From the IMG/VR virus record IMGVR_UViG_3300018017_000002, positions 1 through 51,437 of that record: a stretch of 51,437 nucleotides of DNA; one strand, written 5' to 3'. The notes beneath the pieces are model-generated. The model saw nothing but the letters and a program-made list of their open reading frames with translations. It ran no database searches and was not told where the DNA came from. Shown one piece after another: positions 44,288 to 51,437 of the stretch (position 1 is its first letter; each line of letters opens with the position of its first letter). A program made the translations under genes and the position numbers. Source of the DNA: a virus.

Positions 44288-44433
44288 TTTATGTATCTTA
44301 GATACGAGCCTGTAATTACTTTTGAGTTAAAGCTAGATGTAGGAGGCACCCATTCTATACCTAGTTTCTTAAACCATTTCTTTTGTGCTTCAGTTGGTGG
44401 AAGTTGACACACTATTCGTGGTTGTGCTTTCAT
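44284..44433 (-). CDS. small ORF (49 aa) bridging the two polymerase parts
   Basis: MKAQPRIVCQLPPTEAQKKWFKKLGIEWVPPTSSFNSKVITGSYLRYIK. It starts inside the 3' end of the N-part in another frame. Its TGA overlaps the ATG of the C-part (ATGA). Confidence 0.3.
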   Translation of the reverse strand: MKAQPRIVCQLPPTEAQKKWFKKLGIEWVPPTSSFNSKVITGSYLRYIK

Positions 44434-45952
44434 TTGTATTAATCCAAGGAATAAACCTAAGACGACTTGTTTCTTTCCTTGTTTGTCTATAAATATTTAC
44501 TAATGTTAATACAGGATTGTTATACTTGAGTGCTAGTTTGTACAACGACTTCTTACCTAATGATGGCTGTCCAGTATCCTTAGACCGAAACATAACAGGA
44601 TAACCTAACAACTCATGGAAGTAAGTGCAGCATTGTTTAGTCGAACCAGCAAACATGCCAACCTTTCTTGTTCCTCTTATATCTTTCATGCCTTGCTCAC
44701 CAATCAAAATCTCAATCATTCTATTGTACTGTACCATCAATCTATCATTCTCATTACACATAGAATTTATTTTCGCCTCGTCCGTTTTGATGCCTTGTAA
44801 CGTGGAGGTAAGATAAGGACGAATACACCGCATAGCAGCCATAATACTTTCAGATAAACCGGGAATCGTTCTAGCATATGATTCAATAGCGTTGTAAACT
44901 AGATACATAGTGTACACATCTTTACCACAATAGCGTAACCTGTCCATCATTTGTTCATGTGTTCTGTATGCCATTGAGTTCTCATCTTTATGAAATTTCT
45001 CCCATGTCCAGTATGATACACAATGACCAAGAGACTTTTCAATGTCAGGAAAGCATCTATGCATAGCTATCATAGTATCATATGTCTTAACTATTGGTAT
45101 ATGATACTTCCACGCTAAAATAAAGAAATCAAATGTTTGACCATTGTGGGCAACTAAAGTATTGTCTCTAATAGCAATTGCCAAAGCTCGTAAAATACAG
45201 TGTAGATTAGTATAAGCCCACTTATAGTTATAATCAAGAACAGGTACAGAATAAATAGTAGAGCCATCAAAAGAGAAGCTAAAGCATTGCCAATTGCATT
45301 CTTCAATGTCTGTCTCTTTGTCATAAAATAATAGTTTGTTCTTGTTATCTTGTAAACACTCTATCACTTCTTTAGCTGATGGATAGATAATGTATTTTGG
45401 TTTTCCAACCACTGGACTGTAGTCAGCGAGTATCTTCTTACACTTGGATACATCAGCTTTGAGCCAAAAAGCATAGTTAGCCCTCTTGGTTCTGCCATGT
45501 CTCTTAACATCGCCCTCGTCCTCATCTTCATCTGAACCTGATACCTCAGAGTCTGTAGAATAGTCTTTAGCATATGGATTATTTTCTCCTTCATAGTTAC
45601 GAGGGTCAACTGCATCTTGCGGAAGATAGGATGCTATTGCAGGAATACCTTTGTGATACATCAGGGAACCTCTCATTTCATTGAGTGAGTTCCCTAATGT
45701 TTCAGGAAGGAATTTATGCATTGCTGATTCTCCAAGTAGTAATATACACTTGGTATCGGGGAGTAGCGGTGCAGTTTCATCCCTTAATCTCACGTCACAT
45801 TGCATACTATTATATTCAGGGCGTAGACAATGGTTGTCAAAAAGCAATCCTCCATTTGCACTTAGTAACCTTAGAGAATCAAATCTGCTTGGATTACTCA
45901 TGACTACTGTCAATCCTGAATACTTAAACTTTGGTTTGTTTCTTAATAACAT
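44390..45952 (-). CDS. family-A DNA polymerase, N-terminal part (about 200-aa extension, 3'-5' exonuclease, thumb)
   Basis: 520 aa; Exo I ...LFYDKETDIE..., Exo II ...LVAHNGQTFDFFIL..., Exo III ...RYCGKDVYTMYLVY... Confidence 0.8.
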   Translation of the reverse strand: MLLRNKPKFKYSGLTVVMSNPSRFDSLRLLSANGGLLFDNHCLRPEYNSMQCDVRLRDETAPLLPDTKCILLLGESAMHKFLPETLGNSLNEMRGSLMYHKGIPAIASYLPQDAVDPRNYEGENNPYAKDYSTDSEVSGSDEDEDEGDVKRHGRTKRANYAFWLKADVSKCKKILADYSPVVGKPKYIIYPSAKEVIECLQDNKNKLLFYDKETDIEECNWQCFSFSFDGSTIYSVPVLDYNYKWAYTNLHCILRALAIAIRDNTLVAHNGQTFDFFILAWKYHIPIVKTYDTMIAMHRCFPDIEKSLGHCVSYWTWEKFHKDENSMAYRTHEQMMDRLRYCGKDVYTMYLVYNAIESYARTIPGLSESIMAAMRCIRPYLTSTLQGIKTDEAKINSMCNENDRLMVQYNRMIEILIGEQGMKDIRGTRKVGMFAGSTKQCCTYFHELLGYPVMFRSKDTGQPSLGKKSLYKLALKYNNPVLTLVNIYRQTRKETSRLRFIPWINTNESTTTNSVSTSTN

Positions 45953-46124
45953 TTGAATCGTGTGATGCTAGTTCTGCCATTATAGCAATACCAATAGATT
46001 TTATATAATCTATATGACGAGCAATTATCTTTGTCTCTATGTCATTAGCTAATACTGAAATCTTAACTCCATAAGTTCTTATTTCCCCATTAGTTACTAT
46101 ATTATCCTCAATTCCTATTTGCAT
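45924..46124 (-). CDS. hypothetical protein (66 aa)
   Basis: Track ORF with ATG start; overlaps the polymerase start by 29 nt. Confidence 0.4.
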   Translation of the reverse strand: MQIGIEDNIVTNGEIRTYGVKISVLANDIETKIIARHIDYIKSIGIAIMAELASHDSNVIKKQTKV

Positions 46125-46163
46125 AAATTAAATAAAAGCCGATACTATTTATACTCCCTCGGC
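46125..46163 (-). terminator. candidate rho-independent terminator after 46181..46717
   Basis: Minus strand: GCCGA-(16 nt)-TCGGC followed by TTTTATTTAATTT. An alternative CTCCC/GGGAG stem overlaps it. Confidence 0.5.
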
Positions 46164-46180
46164 AAACGGGAGGCGATTAT

Positions 46181-46717
46181 TTAGTAAGGTTTAGAACTAT
46201 CAGTGGGCGCTAGTGCAAAGATTTGAACTATCTTAGGATAGTTAGTCTTGAGTTCTTTCTCAGTGATAGGATGTTTCAATACATCACCCTCTTTAATCCC
46301 CTTAGCCAGCTGTTCTTTGGTTGGAGATTTGCGTTTAGCTTTCTGGTCATTATCTAGTTCAGCATATACAACCTTACCTTTGAATCCCATTGGAGGATTC
46401 TCAGGATTAAAGTTATCTTCATCAACAGGAATTTCGCATGCTTTGTAAAGAGCGAGCAAGCGTTTCTTGTTGTCTGCTGTCTTTTCAATATCAACTTGAC
46501 CATCTACTAATGTTTGTACATTCTGATAATACTTAATAGGTATTCCAGCAATGTTATATTCTTCTCCTGCTACTTCCATTGATTCGGGAGAAACAATTTC
46601 TAATCCAAGAGTAAACATTGGATTTTCCTTGCTAGAAGGAGCAAACTTTTCGTCTACGAATCTAAGAATATAGTTTGATTGATGTTCAAACACTACATCC
46701 ATGTTCCATTTCTTCAT
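46181..46717 (-). CDS. hypothetical protein (178 aa); possible ssDNA-binding protein by position only
   Basis: Lies between the recombination genes and the polymerase; no verifiable motif. Confidence 0.5.
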   Translation of the reverse strand: MKKWNMDVVFEHQSNYILRFVDEKFAPSSKENPMFTLGLEIVSPESMEVAGEEYNIAGIPIKYYQNVQTLVDGQVDIEKTADNKKRLLALYKACEIPVDEDNFNPENPPMGFKGKVVYAELDNDQKAKRKSPTKEQLAKGIKEGDVLKHPITEKELKTNYPKIVQIFALAPTDSSKPY

Positions 46718-46784
46718 TGTTAATTGGCAGTAGGATGCCAGCCTATGTTTTGTTTATCCTCTTAGATGTTATATCCAAGAGAAA

Positions 46785-46955
46785 TTACTTACCAGCAGCC
46801 TTGGTAGGTTGTGGTGGTTTAGCGAACTCTGTTTCAAGTTCATGCAGGTTAGTCAATACTTCAGCAAAGGTAGCATAGAATAATGCTGACTGACCTTTGG
46901 TTGAAGATACGGATACTAACCATCCATTCATTATCTTATTGATTGTTATGTTCAT
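46785..46955 (-). CDS. hypothetical small protein (56 aa)
   Basis: Below the track cutoff; MNITINKIMNGWLVSVSSTKGQ...; ATGA overlap with the upstream stop. Confidence 0.35.
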   Translation of the reverse strand: MNITINKIMNGWLVSVSSTKGQSALFYATFAEVLTNLHELETEFAKPPQPTKAAGK

Positions 46956-47239
46956 ATTTCAATTTTAGGAAAGAGTTCAGTAATGATTTTATTGAATTGT
47001 TCTTTACGTCGTTCGGCCAATGCTAGTTCATCTAGCTTATCAATGATAGTATCATAGTTAAGTTCTTTAACCGAACATGCTTCATTAACTTCTTTCTCCA
47101 ATGTTGCACAACGCTCCTCAAGTTTAGCGACTTCAAGTTCGGCTTTTAATTGTTGTGATTTAGAACGAACAGGTGCAAGAGTTTTATCAACTGCATCCTT
47201 CGTCATTGTTATTAGTTTTTGATATGGTGTTAGTTTCAT
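46952..47239 (-). CDS. hypothetical coiled-coil-like protein (95 aa)
   Basis: Track ORF; heptad-like Lys/Glu/Leu-rich sequence. Confidence 0.5.
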   Translation of the reverse strand: MKLTPYQKLITMTKDAVDKTLAPVRSKSQQLKAELEVAKLEERCATLEKEVNEACSVKELNYDTIIDKLDELALAERRKEQFNKIITELFPKIEI

Positions 47240-47445
47240 ACTTTGTTAGTTAGTAATAATAGTTTCTTGTTTATTATTTTCTCTACTGGTTGTGTAGATT
47301 GTTGTGGCCATCCACCTAATGGTTGCATTGCTGCCATTTCTCCCATCTGTGATTGTTGCATCATTCTATATTGCATTTCTCTTTGTCTTTGTCTTTCTTG
47401 CATTCTATAATATTCTTCTATAGAATTATTTGTGAGTCCATTCAT
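47236..47445 (-). CDS. hypothetical Gln/Met-rich protein (69 aa)
   Basis: Track ORF; ATGA overlap. Confidence 0.45.
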   Translation of the reverse strand: MNGLTNNSIEEYYRMQERQRQREMQYRMMQQSQMGEMAAMQPLGGWPQQSTQPVEKIINKKLLLLTNKV

Positions 47446-47446
47446 A

Positions 47447-48304
47447 TTAAACCTTTCTCATGTACTTACTAAAGGATTCCCAATTGGCAGGGATGAATTT
47501 TGGTTGATTAACTAATGAGCCAGACTTGGCATTAAACAAATCATCACCTATTGTTTGCCAATAGTATATTGCTGGCCCAACAAATGTATCACACATTGCC
47601 TTGAACTCTTTAACATCTTTCATTCCCCATGCGGCCAATGACTCTGGTTTGATACTACTATAATCAGTTGGCTTAGCTGCAACATGCTGTCTGAACCAGT
47701 CTGTGTAGTCTTTGATTATGGTATCACCAGACTTGCCAGACAACACAGGACGTATCTTACCTGTGTACTGTCCCGGCTGTCCAACTGTTGTTGGTTTGTC
47801 AGGTCGCTCTGACTCATGGCAGAGTAACATAACATCACACTTAAGTGACAATAGTATAAATGAAATCTCATTTATATACTTCTCTTTTATCTGCCACTCC
47901 ATAAATTCATTGACTCTACCAGTCTTAGAAATAGCTACTTCCATTTCATTGGCTTTAAACCAAATATGATATGCATTTTCAATATCAGATAGTCCATCAA
48001 GTATTAAAGTTTGTTCACTAGATAATTTTGGTGACTCTTTCTCTAACCATTGTACAAACTTATCTTTAACTTCTTCTCTCTTGCCACCTACTTCTGATTT
48101 GTAGAATGGTACTTCATGAACGTCAGCCCTTCCTTGATGTGCACCTAGACCTCTATTTAGGTTAGCAACTATAGGATGTTGAAATGTAAGGGCCGCCCAT
48201 GTCTTTCCAGTGTTTGGGAAGCCTTGAATACCTAGTCGGATTTGTTGTCTGCCTACTATCTTGTCTAATGAATTGCAGTTAGGTGGAATATAAATGTTAC
48301 TCAT
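47447..48304 (-). CDS. Sak4-like / AAA_24-type P-loop ATPase (recombination-associated)
   Basis: 285 aa; Walker A ...LGIQGFPNTGKTWAALTF... near the N-terminus; next to the PD-(D/E)XK nuclease. Confidence 0.65.
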   Translation of the reverse strand: MSNIYIPPNCNSLDKIVGRQQIRLGIQGFPNTGKTWAALTFQHPIVANLNRGLGAHQGRADVHEVPFYKSEVGGKREEVKDKFVQWLEKESPKLSSEQTLILDGLSDIENAYHIWFKANEMEVAISKTGRVNEFMEWQIKEKYINEISFILLSLKCDVMLLCHESERPDKPTTVGQPGQYTGKIRPVLSGKSGDTIIKDYTDWFRQHVAAKPTDYSSIKPESLAAWGMKDVKEFKAMCDTFVGPAIYYWQTIGDDLFNAKSGSLVNQPKFIPANWESFSKYMRKV

Positions 48305-48318
48305 TGTTGTTCTTTCTA

Positions 48319-48594
48319 TCAGTTACCTGTGTTCTCTAAATACTTATGTCGTTCTATATTGGCATCTGGTATTATACCCTTCTGAATCTTTACTCCACCA
48401 ATCTCTATGTTCAAATGGTTTTGTTCAACAGTTGTTGTAGAAGGGCCAAGAGTTAATAAGGGATATGCTCTGTTAAAAGCCTGTAACAAAGACTTACCAG
48501 ATGTATGTTCTATTACCAGAGCTAGTAAGAACACTCCATCTTTGTCTTTAATATGTATTGAGATTGTTTTTGGTTCGGTCATAAAATGTTTCAT
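48319..48594 (-). CDS. hypothetical protein (91 aa)
   Basis: Track ORF. Confidence 0.5.
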   Translation of the reverse strand: MKHFMTEPKTISIHIKDKDGVFLLALVIEHTSGKSLLQAFNRAYPLLTLGPSTTTVEQNHLNIEIGGVKIQKGIIPDANIERHKYLENTGN

Positions 48595-49640
48595 ATTTCA
48601 TTATATTTTAGAGGATTAAATATACGTTTTTTGAAATCTCTCTCTAATAAAATCTCAGATACATTTTCTTCTGAATTACAAACACACCAAAATTTGCAAC
48701 GTCCCCACTCACCTATACACGACCCGTTAATTAACCCTTCTTGTGGTAAGTAACCAGTCTTAATAGCTTGTGATAGTCTCTTACATTGGTCATCAAGTGT
48801 AAGTCTAAATGCATCAAGCTCAGCATCTCTGTATGTAAACACTGATGACCTACCATACGATGTCTCATTCATAGCAGGCTTGATAAAGATAGCATCTATA
48901 AATGCACCAGTATTAGTCTTACCTATCTGTCCAAGTATAGAGTTAGGTTCAAGGGCCGCCATTAGTTTTAATGCAACAGTATAAATGCGTAGCTGTCTAG
49001 CTCTATCATATTTAGAAAAGTATTCTTTCTTATTCCAAGTTGAGGTTGTTTTGAAATCTCGGATAGCATAACAGCCACCCTTAATCCTGCCTAAACCATC
49101 TATTGTTCCACACAGATAGATTCGTACTGTATCATCTTCGTAATATAGAATACGGAAGGTTACTTCGGATGCGGGTTGTAAGAATGATTTGGCTCCATTA
49201 CAGACTGGACACTCTGATACAGTTAAAATGACTTTATCACCTTCCATTCTAAGACTAGAAGTATCTGCAAAAGTTCCACTCCCCTTACACTTCCAACAAG
49301 GCAAGTTAAGTTCTACTAACTCAAACTCTTGGTCAGGCTTAATATACATTTCCCATGTGTTAAAGGCTACACCTATCATATGGTTCTTGTCCATAAGATG
49401 CGGTGATTTACCTTTGAAGTCAACCTTAGGTGCAGAGAAAGCTAATTCAGCTTCGGCCCTAGCTGTTGGTATGTGCCCTTTAGTCTTGTACATCATGTCC
49501 CAATACTTATGACATGCTACACCATAAGTTAGTTTGCAATCTTGCACTGGTTCTGTATATCCATCTACAACAGTTCTGTGTAAATTAAGAATACATCCAG
49601 ATGCTCCAAGAGCAGTTGAGTCTAAGTTAATATCAATCAT
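48591..49640 (-). CDS. PD-(D/E)XK (RecB/Cas4-like) exonuclease with an inserted CxxCxGxG zinc finger and a C-terminal Cys cluster
   Basis: ...YLCGTIDGLGRIKGGCYAIRDFKTTS... (D...D-x-K), ...RQLRIY... (QxxxY), CWKCKGSG...CPVCNGAK, C-terminal ...CIGEWGRCKFWCVC... Confidence 0.7.
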   Translation of the reverse strand: MIDINLDSTALGASGCILNLHRTVVDGYTEPVQDCKLTYGVACHKYWDMMYKTKGHIPTARAEAELAFSAPKVDFKGKSPHLMDKNHMIGVAFNTWEMYIKPDQEFELVELNLPCWKCKGSGTFADTSSLRMEGDKVILTVSECPVCNGAKSFLQPASEVTFRILYYEDDTVRIYLCGTIDGLGRIKGGCYAIRDFKTTSTWNKKEYFSKYDRARQLRIYTVALKLMAALEPNSILGQIGKTNTGAFIDAIFIKPAMNETSYGRSSVFTYRDAELDAFRLTLDDQCKRLSQAIKTGYLPQEGLINGSCIGEWGRCKFWCVCNSEENVSEILLERDFKKRIFNPLKYNEI

Positions 49641-49876
49641 CTTTTCTTATATGTTAGTAAACTCACATCTACCTCAATCCCAAGATTCTTAGCTAGGGCT
49701 AAGCCTTTAGCTAGGTTAGGATTGGCAGACATAAGTTGTTGCTCTTTGCGTTTAGCTGGTGTTGCCATTTCAGGACGGGTCTCTGGAAAGTATTGAGCGA
49801 AATGAATCCTAAGTTCTTCATCAGACATCTTTTCCAAAGTAGCTGCATCACAAGCTATTAGTTCCTCAATGGTCAT
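49637..49876 (-). CDS. hypothetical protein (79 aa)
   Basis: Track ORF; ATGA overlap. Confidence 0.5.
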   Translation of the reverse strand: MTIEELIACDAATLEKMSDEELRIHFAQYFPETRPEMATPAKRKEQQLMSANPNLAKGLALAKNLGIEVDVSLLTYKKR

Positions 49877-50030
49877 ATAAGGATGCTAAGTCAGCTAGCA
49901 CAAATTGCGGTTCTTTATCTGGAATAAATACTGTTACATTTTTCTTTGTTTTCTTTATTGACTGTATATTATGGCCACCAGAAATTCTATGTGTTGACAT
50001 ACCCACATATCTGAACTTATTCTTCTTCAT
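49866..50030 (-). CDS. hypothetical small basic protein (54 aa)
   Basis: Below the track cutoff; MKKNKFRYVGMSTHRISGGHN...; ATGA overlap with the upstream stop. Confidence 0.3.
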   Translation of the reverse strand: MKKNKFRYVGMSTHRISGGHNIQSIKKTKKNVTVFIPDKEPQFVLADLASLYDH

Positions 50031-50650
50031 GACTTAATAATCTTAACCTCTCTTGTTGATACAGAAAATATAATGTTAGTTAACCCATCTAACTCCATGT
50101 TAAGTTGTTCAACTTGTTCAGGAGTCAATAGCAATCCATCCTTATGAAAAGGCTCGGTGGCTTGTGGGTTGTCTAACCATTCTTCCATGTTACGTTTCCA
50201 TATAGGATTATCTTCTTCTGCTATACAGACTTCTGCTTTAGGTGAGTCGCCTTCTAATACATCATCAAACTTCATTGCTACTCCTACACCATCTATCATA
50301 GAAATAGTAATTTCTTCTCTAAACTTTTTGTATATGCCTTGTTCATCCATATTGTTCTCTACATCCAATAGATAACGAAAGGCTTGATTAACTCGTAAGT
50401 ATAACGAACGAACACTGACATTAGGCCACAAATCTTTTCTATATGTTCGTGGCTGTCTGTCCTTAATCATTTCGTCTATGTCTCTTTTCAACCATTCAGC
50501 ATAACGACGTTTGTAGTATGTAGCATACGATTTACGACTCCAACCATGAGGACGTTTCTTAACAACTAAATTTACAACTTGTTGCATAGTACGACCGTCA
50601 TTGAAAGTTACTGTAACAGGCTTGGATTGTTGTTCTATTGGTTCAGACAT
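50027..50650 (-). CDS. hypothetical protein (207 aa), first gene of the replication module
   Basis: Track ORF with ATG start. Confidence 0.6.
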   Translation of the reverse strand: MSEPIEQQSKPVTVTFNDGRTMQQVVNLVVKKRPHGWSRKSYATYYKRRYAEWLKRDIDEMIKDRQPRTYRKDLWPNVSVRSLYLRVNQAFRYLLDVENNMDEQGIYKKFREEITISMIDGVGVAMKFDDVLEGDSPKAEVCIAEEDNPIWKRNMEEWLDNPQATEPFHKDGLLLTPEQVEQLNMELDGLTNIIFSVSTREVKIIKS

Positions 50651-50707
50651 ACAGATTAAATCAAATGTCCAGTTTTATGTGGTTACTGGACAGGTTTATG
50701 AATAACC

Positions 50708-50723
50708 AGCAAAAGCCTAACCA
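50708..50723 (-). promoter_or_regulatory. weaker sigma54-like site P7
   Basis: Minus strand reads TGGTTA-GGCTT-TTGCT (GG and TTGCT at correct spacing, -24 flank degenerate); about 47 nt upstream of the ATG at 50650. Confidence 0.35.
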
Positions 50724-51042
50724 AATGCCGCCACAATACCTTAAATTGTTTAGGCAAAGGGTGGCTCGTGAAAACCACAACACTGTTAAGTATTACTTTC
50801 AACGCCCGATGCCTTCAAACAGCTAACGTCTAATTCCGTTTACTGTGTATTGTCAGAGTGCCATGTTATAGACATTCACTCATTGTCTATACTATTACTT
50901 ATGTCACAGTTAATCGATGGAGCTTGTGAACAAGGTATCGTCAACCAGTTTAATAATAGCTTCTGTCTTTATTCAGAATGTCAAGCGCATATTTTATGTC
51001 TATCGCCCAGACAAAATTAACATCTAATTGCTCAATACTATA

Positions 51043-51058
51043 AGCATTTTCTATGCCA
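51043..51058 (-). promoter_or_regulatory. sigma54-type -24/-12 promoter P6 (25 nt downstream of the bEBP stop)
   Basis: Minus strand reads TGGCAT-AGAAA-ATGCT followed by TATA; points into the replication module. Confidence 0.7.
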
Positions 51059-51082
51059 AGTCAGATTAGTGTATAACTAATG

Positions 51083-51437
51083 TTAGAAAGTATATCGTAT
51101 CTTTCCTAATACATTATATCTTTTCAATGCTTGTTCAAGTGACCTTACATTCAATGACAAATCAATCTTATCATTCATTATAGCTTCTTCATATTGAGCT
51201 AGAAATTCTTTTGCTTTGACTGGCAACTTAAGTAAATCTCCAAGAGCTATTACTATTGGAACTATATCTCTCTTACGTTCCCTCAATGGTTTAATGTGCA
51301 ATTCAAATGTACTTATTCTCGCATACAAATCTTTCCTGAATAGATTCTTATCAACCATTTCTCTTATATTGCGATTAGTTGCACACACAAACCTACATGA
51401 AATCTCTTTTTCATCTGCTGCACCGACAGGACGAATG
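51083..51437 (-). CDS. sigma54-dependent activator, 3' third (same gene as 1..680; 51315..51437 duplicates 1..123)
   Basis: ...CATNRNIREMVDKNLFRKDLYARISTFELHIKPLRERKRDIVPIV...LNVRSLEQALKRY..., then a stop 14 aa later. No C-terminal HTH. Confidence 0.9.
   Translation of the reverse strand, partial: IRPVGAADEKEISCRFVCATNRNIREMVDKNLFRKDLYARISTFELHIKPLRERKRDIVPIVIALGDLLKLPVKAKEFLAQYEEAIMNDKIDLSLNVRSLEQALKRYNVLGKIRYTF

Noticed and set aside
44288-44389. Read-through or ribosomal hop joining the two polymerase ORFs
   Set aside because: There are four in-frame stops and no matching take-off and landing codons that I could find. A split gene or an indel error is the simpler explanation.
46726-46740. 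TGGCAT-CCTA-CTGCC on the minus strand upstream of 46181..46717
   Set aside because: The GG-to-GC spacing is one nt shorter than in the six accepted sites, and sigma54 promoters tolerate spacing changes poorly. It is kept only as a weak possibility.
1-51437. Stop-codon reassignment, suggested by the UUA-containing tRNA-like hairpin and the tmRNA
   Set aside because: All large genes (2155, 753, 640, 612 and 604 aa) are uninterrupted in the standard code on both arms. There is no sign of in-frame TAA, TAG or TGA recoding.
1-51437. Temperate lifestyle, an integrated element, or a diversity-generating retroelement
   Set aside because: No integrase, recombinase, CI/Cro-like pair or reverse transcriptase motif was seen in any ORF. 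The tRNA-like fragments therefore cannot be called attP.

Overview
The window is one circularly closed tailed dsDNA phage genome of about 51.3 kb. Positions 1-123 are identical to 51315-51437, and a gene reads through that junction. The backbone is AT-rich and has two divergent arms. The minus-strand early/replication arm runs 11546->1 and, through the junction, 51314->41214. It carries an ATP-dependent ligase, SNF2-like helicase, ParB-like protein, a tmRNA, a sigma54 activator, a PD-(D/E)XK nuclease, a Sak4-like ATPase, a split family-A DNA polymerase, an AAA+ ATPase and MazG. The plus-strand structural/lysis arm runs 12496->41210. It carries terminase, portal, scaffold, capsid, an envelope/lysis block, fibre and tail proteins, and a 2155-aa protein. 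No integrase, phage RNA polymerase, sigma factor, reverse transcriptase or CRISPR array is recognisable. Main findings: (1) A minimal sigma54 enhancer-binding protein (AAA+ core with an intact GAFTGA loop, no receiver domain, no HTH). It comes with six near-identical -24/-12 promoters (TGGCAY-N5-WTGCT), all intergenic and all pointing into downstream genes: capsid, first late ORF, candidate origin, tmRNA and the replication module. This looks like a phage programme run through host sigma54. (2) A phage tmRNA with a G3:U70 acceptor stem and an unusually long tag that does not end in LAA. (3) Two aberrant class-II tRNA-like elements. (4) Two GC-rich islands in the AT-rich backbone. One is fused in frame after about codon 30 of a lipoprotein-like beta-helix gene and carries the holin/endolysin and an OMP-like gene. 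The other carries a (Gly-X)n Gly/Tyr-rich protein and the ParB-like gene. (5) A family-A DNA polymerase split into two same-frame ORFs, with a small translationally coupled ORF bridging the gap. All product calls rest on motifs read by eye. No database search or folding program was run.
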